DNA of 64,000 nt from the human T2T-CHM13v2.0 reference genome, Homo sapiens. The stretch lies in NCBI RefSeq assembly GCF_009914755.1, contig NC_060931.1, one strand, 5' to 3'. Position numbers and translations under genes: made by a program. Positions 17,395-32,319 of this stretch are shown here, one piece after another; the stretch's first letter is position 1; every line of letters starts with the position of its first letter. The notes below the pieces were generated by a model. That model was not told where the DNA came from. It was given only the letters and a program-made list of their open reading frames with translations, and made no database searches.

Positions 17395-18213
17395 TTGCAT
17401 ACTAAAAAATTAACTAGTTTATACTGTGTAACAAGCCCCAAAATTCAGTGCTTTGACCCATTTTTCACTAATCAAAGTTTTTCCCCCCACAAGGTGCAAT
17501 ATGGGCCAGCAGTGGGAGGTGGAGGGAGGGGTGTTCCTTTACCCCGTTACTCAGGGACTGTATTAGTCAATAAGGGCTGCCATAATAGAATTCCACAGAT
17601 TGGGTGGCTTACACAACAGAAATTAACTTTCTTACACCTCTGCAGACTGGAAATCTGAGCTCAATATATGGGCAGGGGTTGGTGTCTTCTGAGGCCTCTC
17701 TCCTTGGCCTGTAGATGTCTGTCTTCTCCCTCTGTTTTCATATGGCCTTCCCTCTGCATGTCTGTGTCCTAACCTCCCCTTCTTAGGAGCACACCAGTCA
17801 TATTCGATTAGGGTCCACCATATGAACTCGTTTTACCTTAATCACTTCTTTAAAGACCCTGTCTCCAAATACAGCCACATGCTGAGGTCACTTCAACACA
17901 GGAATCTGGAAGGCCACAGTTCAGCCCATAACAGGCGCCTGTGTTGACAGAGGCTCCAGTATGGTAAGGCACTCTCTGCAACATGGAACCTTTCTTAGTG
18001 GGCATGGGCCAGGGAAGAGAGAACTGCAGGGTCTGCCCAAAGATTCAGTGCTTCAGCCCAGACATGGCACATGTCATTGTCATGTACAGCCCATTGGTCA
18101 GAACAAATCACATGGCCCTGCTCGTCTGCAAGGAGGCTGTGAAGTGTAGTCTTTCATGAACCTGGAAGGAGAGGAAAAGCAGGTATTGACAAGCACCAGC
18201 AATGCCTGTCAAC
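17395..18213 (-). mobile_element. MLT1 (J/K/L-like) LTR, interrupted by MLT1A
   Basis: actgtgtaacaagccccaaaattcagtgc..; cccattggtcagaacaaatcacatggcc..gaagtgtagtc. Confidence 0.6.
17559..17933 (-). mobile_element. MLT1A/A0-like solo LTR
   Basis: tgtattagtc..gggctgccataa..tgggtggcttacacaacagaaatt..aaagaccctgtctccaaatacag..cagcccataaca. Confidence 0.88.
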
Positions 18214-19054
18214 AGCTAGCGACCAAACATCTCTGACACAATGGTCCACAGGCACCTCACATTCAACAAGTCTCAGACTGAAAAAGTCATCTTCCCCACT
18301 CCATGCCACCCCACCCTACCCCAAGGTAGGGTGTGCTGTGCTTGTTTGGAGATTGACACCATCCATCCAGTTGCCCAAGACCAAAGCTGGTGGCCACCTT
18401 CTCCCTTTATCTCTAAATAAAATTGGTCATAAAGTCTTTTTAATCCTGTTATCCTAACAGGTTTTGGTTTAGCCTTCCCGCTCCATCTCTAATATGGTCT
18501 TAGTTTCAGCCCACATTGCTTCTCTCCTGCAGTATTAGAAGAGGCTCTCTTTATCCTTCCAGCCTTCTGGCTCCCATTCACTATCTACTCTGCTGGCAGA
18601 AGTAACCCCCTAAAATTCATATTGCACTCATGTCTCTCCAGTGCCTAAAATACTCCACCGCTTTCAGTCCACAGTCAGAGCTCCTTAGGGGTGTGGGGTC
18701 AGGTGATGCTGCTATATGCTCCATAAGTCAGAATGTGTCCTCCTCTGCTCTGAACCTTCCCACGGCTCCTCATTTCACACAGAGTTAAAAGCCAGTATTT
18801 TTCCAGCATCTCACAGGATCCAACTCAATCTGCCACCTCCTATTACTTCTCTACCTTCACTTACTCCTCTGCTCCTTGTTCATCTTGCTCCAACCACACT
18901 GTTGGCATCCTTCAAATACTGCAGTCCCCACCATCACAGGGACTTGTATTGGCTGAATCCTTTACTTGGAATCTTCCTTCTCCAGCTCTTTGCAGGATTG
19001 ACTGTTGTTTTCTTCAAGCCTTTGCTCAAAGGTCCCCTTTTTAGCTTTCCTCGC

Positions 19055-19420
19055 TGTATTAGTCTGTTCTCATGCTACTAATAAAGACGTACCTAAGACT
19101 GGGTAATTTATAAAGGAAAGAAGTTTAATGGACCCACAGTTCCACATGACTGAGGAGGCCTCACAATTATGGCGGAAGGCAAGTAGGGGTAAAGCCACAT
19201 CTTACATGGATGGCGACAGGGAAGAAGGCATGTGCAGGGGAACTTCCCTTTATAAAACCATCAGATCTCATAAGACTAATTCACTATCACAAGAACAGCA
19301 CAGCAAAGACCCGTCCCCATGACTCAGTTACCTTCCACTGGTCCCTCCCACAACATGTGGGAATAATGGGAGCTTCAATTCAAGATGAGATTTGGGTGGG
19401 GACACAGCCAAACCGTATCA
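19055..19420 (-). mobile_element. THE1 (B/C-like) solo LTR
   Basis: tgtattagtctgttctcatgct..gagatttgggtggggacacagccaaaccgtatca; TSD ctcgc/ctcac. Confidence 0.93.
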
Positions 19421-19834
19421 CTCACCCCGCCTGATCCTCACATTTACCAATCTACATTGCTTTTAGCTTGTTTTCCTCAAACTTATCACTTTCTAACATG
19501 TTATACAATTTGTCTATTTATTTTTATTTATTATTTACTTTCTGTCTCCTTCCTACCGGAATATAAGATCTGTGAAGGTAGGGAACTTTTGTCCATTTTG
19601 TTCACTGATGCATCCCTAAAGCACACCCTGGGTGCATAGCACACAGGAGTGCTTAGTGAATGCATGAAAGATTGAATGAATTAATCTCTGTTTTATTACC
19701 TTGCACAGAGTAGTCAATTATCTACTGACTTTTCTGTTGCTCACGCTACAATGTGGATTATTTTATCTCTATAACTGCCGTCTGATGCCTGACACATACA
19801 TGCTCAACCAATATTTGTGGAATAAATAAAATAG

Positions 19835-19970
19835 GATAAGTCTATTACTCTACCAATAAGAACACAGAGGCCACAGATCTTTCTCCATACCACACAGTGA
19901 GAAAATGGTGAGGTCAAAGCTAGAAGCCAGATCTTCTGTGTCCCTGGGCTGATATCTCTCCACTATCCCA
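19835..19970 (-). mobile_element. MIR remnant
   Basis: tattactc..ataagaacacagaggc..cacacag..ctagaagccagatct. Confidence 0.5.
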
Positions 19971-21442
19971 TCCAGCTCTACTTAAAATAGTTTAAAGTCT
20001 GTCTTGGCTTCCAATTATCTTGCAAATCTCTTGAGATGGGGTCAAAACACCAAGCTGCTTTAAAAGCTCCCGTAGTGCCTGATACAGTGCTAGGTAGGCA
20101 TAATACTTATTCAATAAGTATTCATGGTTTGAGTGCTCAATAAAAATATTATTGTTAGCATTGTTTCCACTTTTAATGACAGAAATGATAATAGCCTCCC
20201 AGCAGTCTGCTTTAAATAGGTTCAAGACACCGAAATACAATTTGAACAGTGTCTTCCATCAGCTTGCTCCCTGGAGAGATGAAATGAGTTCATAATGAGA
20301 TTCCTGCAATGAGTCAAAAAGCAGAGGGAAGGAGTGCAGGGTTTTGCTGCAGTGGGCACAGATGCTTCATTGGCATTTGGGAGCCCAATTTTTCTCTGGG
20401 ACTCAGAGCTAGCACCAGCCCATGGGGGAGGGGCTGCAGCATGCAGTCCCCCTGGCCCCACAGTACTGAGCACACATTCTCTTTTCTGGGCACTGTCCCT
20501 TCAGATCTACTTTAGCTGTGGCAGAGGGTTGATGGAGAACTGATTGTCTATTCAGAATAAATGTAGTATGCTACCATGCTACCAGCCTATGGAAACCATG
20601 AAAGCCCCTGCATCCTGCACAAAATAACACATTGATTAATTGCCAGCAGCTACAACAGGTTATTTTCGCAGTCAGAGATTGGCGCGAAGACTCTTACTTC
20701 AAGTTTCTGTTGCTAATAGGTTTGATTTGCTTGATTTGGAAGTACAGGTTAATGCTAGCTGGAGTTTTTAAGCCTTGGTGATGAAAGTGTTAGTTCACTA
20801 GAATCCGGGGCCAGAAGTGTCCAAATCATTGCATGGGTAGGGGTAGGGTTTATCATTTCACTTTACGCAACTGGCATTTCATTAGGAAAAGGAATAGAGA
20901 AAGGAGGAAAAATTAGCCACAAGGTCATCTAGCTCCTCACACGGGGACACTTACCAGGCTGCTCCGGATTGAAAGGGGTCTTGAAACACTGCCCTGTTCT
21001 TCTGTCTGAGGTCAATCAAGGTCGACTCACCAATGACAACCTTTCAAAATGCCGCTGTATTTCTTCCAGCTCCTGAGATACAGTATCCAAGGGCCTTTTG
21101 CACCTGAAATGGCTCTTCCCGGTAGTTCAGCATCACTCCCTCTCTAGCTCCCTTTTTTGTCTGTGAAGCCGTTTAGAGCTTCTCTCAGCATCTTCAATTT
21201 GCTTCCTCACAAAGAGCTGCTTCCTCCATCATCCTTAGAGGAGAGAGGGTTTGGAAATGACAAATATTTTTTCCTTTGTCACATTAAGTGATGGGGGTTA
21301 AGTGGGTGTGAAGTGCTGAGATAAGGGGTACTTGGGCATTGAATGACACGTGGCTCAGCTCTGGTTAGGGCAGTATTCCAGTGAGGGCTCTGGGCTGGCC
21401 ACAGGCACTGGCTGGGAGTTGAGATGTTCAGCAGCAGTTGCT

Positions 21443-21826
21443 TGATATGGTTTGGAATTGTGTCCCTGCTCAAATCTCATGTCAAATTGTGATCCCCAAT
21501 GTTGGAGGAGGGGCGGGGTGGGAGGTGATTGGATCATGGGGTCAGATATGCCCCTTGCTATTCTCGTGATACTGAGTGAGTTCTCAAGAGATCTGATTGT
21601 TTAAAAGCGTTTATCACCTCCCTTTGTTCTCTCCTCCTCCTGCTCCTGCCACATAAGAGGAGCCTGCTTCCTCTTTGCTTTCTGCCACGATTGTACCTTT
21701 CCGGAGGCCTCCCCAGCCATGCTTCCTATACAGCCCAAGGAAATGTGAGCCAATTAAACCTCTTCTCTTTACAAATTACCCAATCTCAGGTAGTTCTTTA
21801 TAGCAATGCAAGAACAGACTAATACA
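21443..21826 (+). mobile_element. MSTA solo LTR
   Basis: TGATATGGTTTGG..caaatctcatgtc..gcttcctatacagcc..aattaaacctc..gactaataCA; TSD ttgct/gtgct. Confidence 0.93.
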
Positions 21827-22734
21827 GTGCTTCACCCCTTTGTTTCCTCATAAAGTGGGATTAATAATACCTTCCCTACTTCCTCTGCAAGGTGGGATTC
21901 TAGATGAGAAAGCACTGGATAGAATAATTAACAGATTCTGTGAAATTGCTTTGCCCTGGCCAGAGATTCTGTGATTACCTTCCCAGGCTTACAACTTCTA
22001 GTGGTTTCTATCTGTAATCATTCTTTCTGTCTCTGTTCTCCACAGGGGCTAAAGAAGGCCAAATAAAACCTCTAGAGCCTCCCGAACTGTGAGCACATCA
22101 CATCTGTCTAGTGCAACGCTTGCCTTACTAGCTTTTTTCCCCACACCCTTCTTGTCTCTAAGAAAAACATTGCATTGAAACTAAAAATTATCCCTTTTCT
22201 ATTCCTGATATGCATTTTCTTCGCTGAGCGTTTATTTCCCAAGGTTTCTAGGAAAAGTGCACGGGATGATAGCCACAATAGTAAATCGAATTACATTGTA
22301 GTGGGATGCAGTGCACTCTCAGGTTAAAAAAAGAAGTAATGATGTATGAAATATCTTTTATTATTTTTAGCAAAAGTATTTCTTAAAGGAGATTTCACCC
22401 AAGGATTTTTCTATTAATTTGACACCCAATTTAGTTTCCCCCGCCCCCCCTCCCCACACACACACAGAAGGCAAAACAGAGGAGAAATTTAAAATCAAAT
22501 TAGATCGAGAAGATATTTTTTCCCCTCTCTTTCCCTCTCAGTTTTGCCATAATTCCCTGTACTGATGGCAAGAAGGAGATGATCTTCTGTCTGGGCATTT
22601 GTTGCCGTTAAGAGGAAGAAAACACCAATGGTGGGTGGAATTTTTCTTTGATGCCAAATTCTATTGCACAGCCTTTCAGAAAAACATTGGTATACTTCAT
22701 TTCATTTTCAAAAAACTCATCTCAAAAAACTTGG

Positions 22735-23049
22735 GGCCGGGTGCGATGGCTCCTGCCTGTAATCCCAGCACTTCAGGAGGCCAAGGTAGGTGGATCACCT
22801 GAGGTCAGGAGTGCAAGACCAGCCTGGCCAATGTGGTGAAACCCCGTCTCTATTAAAAATGCAAAACTTAGCCAGGTGTGGTGGTGTGTGCGTGTAATCC
22901 CAGCTACTCAGGAGGCTGTGGCAGGAGAATTGCTTGAACCCGGGAGGCAGAGGCTGCAGGAGCAGAGATCACGCCGTCACACTCCAGCCTGTGTGACAGA
23001 GCAAGACTCCATCTCAAAAAAAAAAACCAAAACCGAAACAAACAAAAAA
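22735..23049 (+). mobile_element. AluS
   Basis: TSD caaaaaacttgg. Confidence 0.95.
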
Positions 23050-23541
23050 CTTGGAAGCTCTCAGCACTACCTCAACAATACCGCTAAATGTCCTAGGATT
23101 CGGTATTAGTTCTGAAATCCCTTCCCAGCTTATCACTTTCATACTTAATGGACCTGTTGATTCCACAACATGCCAGCACACGAATCCATCTGTCACAATG
23201 GCAAGGTGCCCTTTCTGTAGGATGACATGCCAATAGCCACCAGCCCCAGTGCCAGCCAATGTGGCATTAGCAACAATGCCCTGCATGACACAATAAACTG
23301 TGTACCGATTCAGCAAGAAGGTCTTCCCAGGGAAGCCATGAGCTGCCAAGTGAGAGGCATGCTGCTCATTATGACAAGTCATGCATGGCCCATTCCTGTA
23401 CAGACCCTGTCCCATGGGTCACATTAGCCCTGCCTATGTGGAGCTACGATGAAAGAGAACAATTCTTTCTTCAGCAGCCACTCTGTGGTACTGACAGAAC
23501 ACACTCTGGAGAGGAGAACTATCCATTGTTAGAACACCCCC

Positions 23542-23635
23542 TAGGGTGACCAACCATCTTGGAGTTTTCTGGGACATAGGACTTTCAGTGCTAAAAACAA
23601 GAAAGTCAAAGAACTAGAATGAGTTGACCACCCTA
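23542..23635. mobile_element. MER81-like hAT-Blackjack MITE
   Basis: TIRs tagggtgaccaac / gttgaccacccta; core ggactttcagtgctaaaa..gaaagtc. Confidence 0.8.
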
Positions 23636-23715
23636 CCTGTATCCCCATGCCAGTCCCCACTGGTACATTCCTCCTTGTCCTGTGTCTTCATCCAACCTTG
23701 TTTCACTTCCACTTT

Positions 23716-24304
23716 TATGGTAAGGATCCGAAATGGCCTCAGGGATTCACACTTCTTGGCATTCACACCCTTGCCTAATCCCTTCCACTAGAGAGTGGGC
23801 TGGACTTATTCACTTACTTCTAAGAAGCGCAGAAGTGAAGGGATGTCACTTCTGAGATTATCTTAGAAAAAAAGACTATGGTGTCCATCTTGGGCACTCA
23901 ATTTTTTCTTCTCTTCACCAACACTCAAGCCCCTACCATTCTTTCCTTCTCCCTCTGAGGGTAACCAACTACCGTGTTGCAAACAGCCGCATGGAGAAGC
24001 CCATGTGGGAAGGAACTGATGTCTCCAGCCAACAGCTGGAGACCTGCCAATAGCCCTCTGATTGAGCTTGGATGCAGAAACAACCCGAGGCCTGCCAATA
24101 GCCCCCAGAGTGAGCTTAGATGCAGCTCCTCCCTGTCTCCAGCCTCAAGATGACTGCAGCCCCTTCTGACACCTTGTTTGCAACCTTGTGAAAGGCCCCG
24201 AGTCAGGGCACCCAACTAGTCGTGCCTGGATTCCTGACACACAGAAGCTGTAAGATGATCAATGTATGTTGTTTTAAACTACATGGAAGTAAATAACCAA
24301 AACA
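23716..24304 (+). mobile_element. MLT1F-like solo LTR
   Basis: aaatggcc..attcacacccttg..gagtgggctggact..gggatgtcacttctgagatt..ctccagccaacagc..gatgactgcagcc..ggattcctgac..gttgttttaa. Confidence 0.85.
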
Positions 24305-24359
24305 ATTTTAAACTGTGAAGAAGCAAGACTCAGTTCTGAAACAGACTAGACTGAGAATA

Positions 24360-24520
24360 GCACTTTACAGTTAACAGGAACCCAAGAGATCAACTGTTCC
24401 CCTCCATTCATTTGACAGGTGAGGAGCCTGAGCCCAGGGGAGGCCAAGCACCTTGTTCTGTAGCTCGTTAGCCACTGCTAGACTGTGCCCTGGGTCTGCT
24501 GACTCCTGCTTCGGTGCTGG
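24360..24520 (-). mobile_element. MIR remnant
   Basis: cattcatttgacaggtgaggagcctgagcccag..gggtctgctgactcc. Confidence 0.55.
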
Positions 24521-25300
24521 TTCTCTTCAGTGCTGCTGCCCAGATTGGTAACACCAGCGCCCAGATTTTCAGGCTGTACCTGGTTGTCAGAATCCTGCTA
24601 CCTCTAGTTTGGTTCACGAAAGAAGATTGCCTTGAACAGACCAGCTCTTCTTAATCATTTCTTCCCTGCTGGAAGCCTTTCTAACTCCTATTAGCTCACT
24701 GGATGCTGCTTTCAAAGGCTTTCTAGATGGGGTGGAATGGAAGTCCCATCCCCCTGTTTGCTTTTTTTTTTTTTATTGTATTGTTTCTCTGAGATCTTGC
24801 AGGGAGAGAATTTATCTCCAGCTTTGTCACAGGGTTGATAAACTTAATAAAATCTTTTCTACATGATAATCTAGAAACACTGCAGATTTATTTCTGGCTC
24901 TGAAAATCAGGAAGCCTCATATCCTCTTTAAATCAGATTTCTGCAGTGTAAATAAACCATCATTTCAATTTAATTCAACAAATATTCCTAAAGCACCTAT
25001 ACCATTATTTGTTCTAGAAGGGTTAGAATGGAAGAAGGCAGGAATGGAAAAAAAGTATGACATGATTATTATTCTCAAGGAACATTTCTGGATGGAAATA
25101 ATAATCATTATCATAATAACATTTAGCAAAAGGGACTTATCTATGTTTATCTATAATATTTTATTTATTTAAAAAGATCTAAAAAAGAATGAAATGTTAG
25201 CAGTTGTTGATTCTGAATGGTGACCTCATGGTTGTCATATTATTTTCTTTTTAAAAATATACACTATATTTTAATAATATATACTTTATAATTATATTAA

Positions 25301-25658
<358 letters not shown>

Positions 25659-25729
25659 TAAAAATGCATTATATTTTCTAAAGGTAATTTTTTTCACATT
25701 AAAAGAATATAACATAATGAATCTGTCTA

Positions 25730-25915
25730 AGGCACTCTAATGAGCACTTTGCATGAATATCTCATTAAATCTTCCCACCAGTCCTCTGAGGGAAGTACTT
25801 TGTTTTCCTTGTTCCTCTGCAGCTCAGAAAGGTTGGGTAACTTATTCAAAGTCACCCAGCTAATAAATGAAATTAAAATCTAGTTCTGTCTTATTCCAAA
25901 ACCAGTGATCTCCAT
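25730..25915 (-). mobile_element. MIR
   Basis: gcactttgcatgaatatctcattaaatcttc..gctcagaaaggttgggtaactt..gtcacccagcta. Confidence 0.7.
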
Positions 25916-26112
25916 TGCCAACTTTTAATTCCTGCCGACAAAAAGTATATCTAGGTGGGAAAATGACAAATACATGTATGAAATAAGTTCAGACAAATAA
26001 TTTCAGCAAGCTTCTACATGAGATATATATGTAAGTGTTAGATAAGACAGGGCACTGTTGCAGTGGAACTCACATTCTAGTGGGCAGGGATTGACAATCA
26101 AAAAGTACATGA

Positions 26113-26455
<343 letters not shown>

Positions 26456-27961
26456 TTAAAACAGAATGAAAGAGTAGTGGAAGGGAGGGCTTTTAGGTTG
26501 ATTGGTTTAGAAGACTCCACTGATCAAAGTTTGAAATCAGTTTCCCTCCTCCCTCATTCTATGGAGGTCAAGGTCTCATGACTGGTGCACCCCAAATTTT
26601 AATCAGTGAAGTTTATGGGGATGGGACCAGTATGTGAGAATTGACTATGTCAGGCAGAGGACCTCATTATTCCATGCATATAATCTCATTTAGTAATATT
26701 TGGATATGTTAGGAGTGGGTGGTAAATAGACATTTGCCCATCATGTTCTATTTGACAGCAAGAAAAAACATTATGCATTTGGACAACAGTGAAAAAGCAA
26801 ATCAGATTAAGGGAGGGTGCAGGCTACATGGTGGGAATCAAGCACAGAGGACTGCAGACAGATAAGGAAGGGCCAGACTTTTGAAAGCCAGTATGGAGCC
26901 TTGGATAAAAAATTAGAGCCTGATTAGATACTGAGCAAGAGAATGAAATGATGAATGTGACAGTCTAAATGGCCTACTCTGCAAACACAGTATATAGCGG
27001 TGGAGATATCCGGGGGGAAGGAAGTCTTTCAGAAGACTATAGTTTACATTGGCCATATGGAATCCTTATCTAAGAAGGCAGGAATTGAGAATGGAGGGAT
27101 GTATCTGAGAGACATTGCAGAGAAAGAATCAACTGCTCAACCCCAAGGGGTAGTACTTTTGGATGGAAATTGTGCGAACTCTCAGTGGGAGGTGGCAGCA
27201 TTGTTTTTGCCCAACATTTCTGGGGATTAAGTTGCTCTGGTCTGTTGATGCTTGAACAGATTGTGAAAATGATCTCTCCAACTTTTTGGTTTTGGACTCA
27301 AGATGGAAAGTTGATCTGAACTATTTACTTGGGTACGTGGGAGGATCATGCGTAGGACTTGAGCTTCCGGGGGCAGAGAGCTGTTGCACAGATGGCTACG
27401 TTACAGAGTACAGATCACAATCAACTCCAGCATTTAGAAGATTTCCTTTCTTACTAAAATTTATTCTACCCTTTGAGAAATAACAAAAGAACTCGTGCCA
27501 TATGCCTCAAGTATCACTAATGCTCCAGTACTTTCCAAAGGTATTTAAACTACTATCCCTTCTCACTCCTGTAATTGACACCCTATTTGTCAACATATAT
27601 GTATTTTAATTAGAATCTGAGTTTCAAAGAAGAGATTCGCCCAAGTTAACTTAAAATTCCATCTCAGAGTATGTTCCTGGAGAACGCAACTTGTAATGCT
27701 ATTGCTAATGCTATTGCTATATGACTTCAGTACTCTTGAAAGGTGTGATTTCTTTTTTGGTCCTATCATGTGGTCAGTTTTTGTAAATTTTCCATGAGTA
27801 CTTGAAAAGCGTCATCATGCTAAAGATGCTGGTGCTGTGCTATTGGCCATTAGGCCAAGTTGGTTAATTAAATTGTTGCTGGTTCTAGTCATCTATATTC
27901 TTACTGATTCTTGTCTGCCTTTTCTATGAATTTCTGAGAAAAGTGGTTAAAATTTCTTGCT

Positions 27962-28275
27962 AGCCAGATGCAGTGGCTCATGCCTGTAAACCCAACACTT
28001 TGGGAGGCCAAGGCAAGAGGATCACATGAGTTCAGGAGTTCGAGACCAGCCTGGGAACATAGTGAGACCTTGTCTCCACTAAAATTTTTTGTTTAATTAG
28101 CTAGGTTGTGGTAGTGCCTGCCTATAGTCCCAGCTACTCAGGAGGCTGAGGCAGGAGGATCTCTTCAGCCTAGAAGGTGGAGCATGTGGTGAGCCGTGAT
28201 GATACCACTTTACTCCAGCCTGGGCAACAGAGCCAGATCTCATCTCAAGAAAAATAAATAAATAAATAAATAAAA
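27962..28275 (+). mobile_element. AluJ
   Basis: Full Alu with (AAAT)n tail. Confidence 0.93.
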
Positions 28276-28420
28276 CCTCATGCTGAGATTGTGAATTGAT
28301 TTATTTTTCTTTTTAGTTATGTCCATTTTTGCTTTCTATACTTTGAGATGATGTTATTAGATATATATTAATTTAAATTTACTTTTTTTTGGCGATTGCA
28401 ATTTTATCATTAAGAAGTGA

Positions 28421-28754
<334 letters not shown>

Positions 28755-28869
28755 TACCACTAGTAATTTTTTAAACTAAAAGTCTATTTTGCCAGATATC
28801 AGTATAATTAAATTGGCTTGCTTTTCACTAGTATTTGTCCAGTATAACTTTGTACATATTTTTACTTTT

Positions 28870-30117
<1,248 letters not shown>

Positions 30118-30206
30118 ATTAAGCAATTGCTGATACGTTTAGGTTTACATCTACTACTTCATCTTTATATTATTTCTCTCTGCTGTATGTTTCTAAATTT
30201 TTTCTA

Positions 30207-30494
30207 GGCTGAGTGCAGTGGTGAGTTCCTCTAATTCCAGTGCTTTGGGAGGCTGAGGTGGGAAGATTACTTGAGGCCAGGAGCTTGAGACCAGCCTGGG
30301 CAACATGGCGAGACCCCATCTCTACAAAACTAAAATAAAATATTAGCCAAATCCAATGGCACGTGCCTGTAGTCTTAGCTACTCAGGAGGCTGAGGTCGG
30401 AGGATCACTTGAGCACAGGGAAATTGAGGCTGCAGGGAGCTATAATCATGCCCCTGTACTCTAGCCTGGGCCACAGAGACCCTGTCTCTAAAAC
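30207..30494 (+). mobile_element. AluJ
   Basis: Diverged dimeric Alu. Confidence 0.92.
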
Positions 30495-30876
30495 ATACAC
30501 ATAACTTTTAAAAATGTTTACTTCTTATTTCCCTTTTGGCTTTCTTTTAAATTGATTACTATTTGTTTTTTCATATGTTCCATCTGAACTACTTTGGAAG
30601 TTACTAGTCTATTATACTTTAAAGAAGCAAGTTTTGTAAACCTGATAATATAGTCAACAAGATTCAGAATCAGGAATAGACCAGAATCCAGGTGCTATAA
30701 TGAAATCACAACAGGACTCTGAAAAGAGAATTTAAGGAATGTGAAGTATCCAGCATGGCTACTGAGTAGAAAATTAATTAATAATGGAAGGGAAGATAGC
30801 TGAAAGAGAATAACTTGTTATTATCAGCACAGATTCTGGTGGCAGAGGTAAAATGGCAATTGCTGCAGTACTTTTA

Positions 30877-31301
<425 letters not shown>

Positions 31302-31309
31302 TTAGGGAA

Positions 31310-31452
31310 ATAATAATAATAATAACAATGACAGTAATGACAGAGTAGCTTACAGTTTTTGAGTACTTAATTATGTAATGTGCAATGCAGTTTTTTATGG
31401 TTTTCTCATTTAATCTCATTTAATCTTCCCAGCAATTCTTTGATAAAGATAC
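31310..31452 (-). mobile_element. MIR
   Basis: aataataat..ttgagtactta..tctcatttaatcttcccagcaa. Confidence 0.65.
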
Positions 31453-31454
31453 TA

Positions 31455-31635
31455 TGTAGGACACCATCTGTACACCACTTCAAATCCCCTCGGCATTGTC
31501 TATCTGCTAATTTAACCACTGCTGCAGTGACCTGTCCTATGCAGATGCAAACTGGTGACACTTGTTCCCAATACTGTGCCACACACCTCTTACTTCCTGC
31601 CCCGAAGCTTCTTTATTAATGCCGCGACTTGGAAT
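31455..31635 (+). mobile_element. LTR16B-like LTR, 5' part, abutting ERVL internal sequence
   Basis: tgtaggacacc..atcccctcgg..ccactgctgcagtgac..cttcctgcccc..gccgcg. Confidence 0.6.
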
Positions 31636-32319
31636 CCTAGGAAAAAATCCCAGAGTATGTCATTGGTATAGATGTACTTGGAAACTGGAAGAATCTTCAC
31701 ATTATTTCTCTGACCTGTAGAGAGCTTTCTACTCCACCTTACTGGAGATAATAAAGCAATCATGCATCCCAGAAGGAATTATAGAGATTAATTCTACCGT
31801 TAAAGGTTTAAAAGACATAAGAGTAGAAGTCCCCACAATTATTCCATTCAATGCACCTGCCTGCATGCAGCAAACAGCAATAACAACAATATAGCTCATG
31901 GTAGATGACAATCATAAATTTAATTAGATGGTAACCCCAATAGCAACTACCATGTCAGCTGTTGTATCTTTACTAAGGCAGATCAGCAGTCTCTAGCTCT
32001 TGGTATGTGGCTATTGATCTGGCAAATGCCTTCTTCCCCATCCAGATCAGTACAGGGAGAATCAGAATCCATTTGATTTAACATGAGAGGGATAGAAGTG
32101 CATTATTTACTGTCTTGCTCCAGGGCTATGTTAACGTTCCTGTTTCCTGCCCCAGTAGAATCTGCAGGGACTTGATTGCCTTAATGTTCTACCAGAACTT
32201 AATGACGTCATACTAATGGGCTCTGGTGAGAATGGATGGCAGGTATGTTGGATGCCTTGTAAGTGAGCCTGTTTGTGAAGATAAATCCTATGAAGACTCA
32301 AGTGGCAAGCACTCCTAAT

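Larger units (their letters stand above)
17290..19682 (+). mobile_element. L2 fragments (interrupted by MLT1 and THE1)
   Basis: tctatctccagccc..gaactccag; caggcacctcacattcaaca..; 3' tail gtgcttagtgaatgc..gaatgaa. Confidence 0.65.

Noticed and set aside
27695-27720. 12-bp tandem duplication taatgctattgc x2
   Set aside because: Ordinary slippage micro-duplication.
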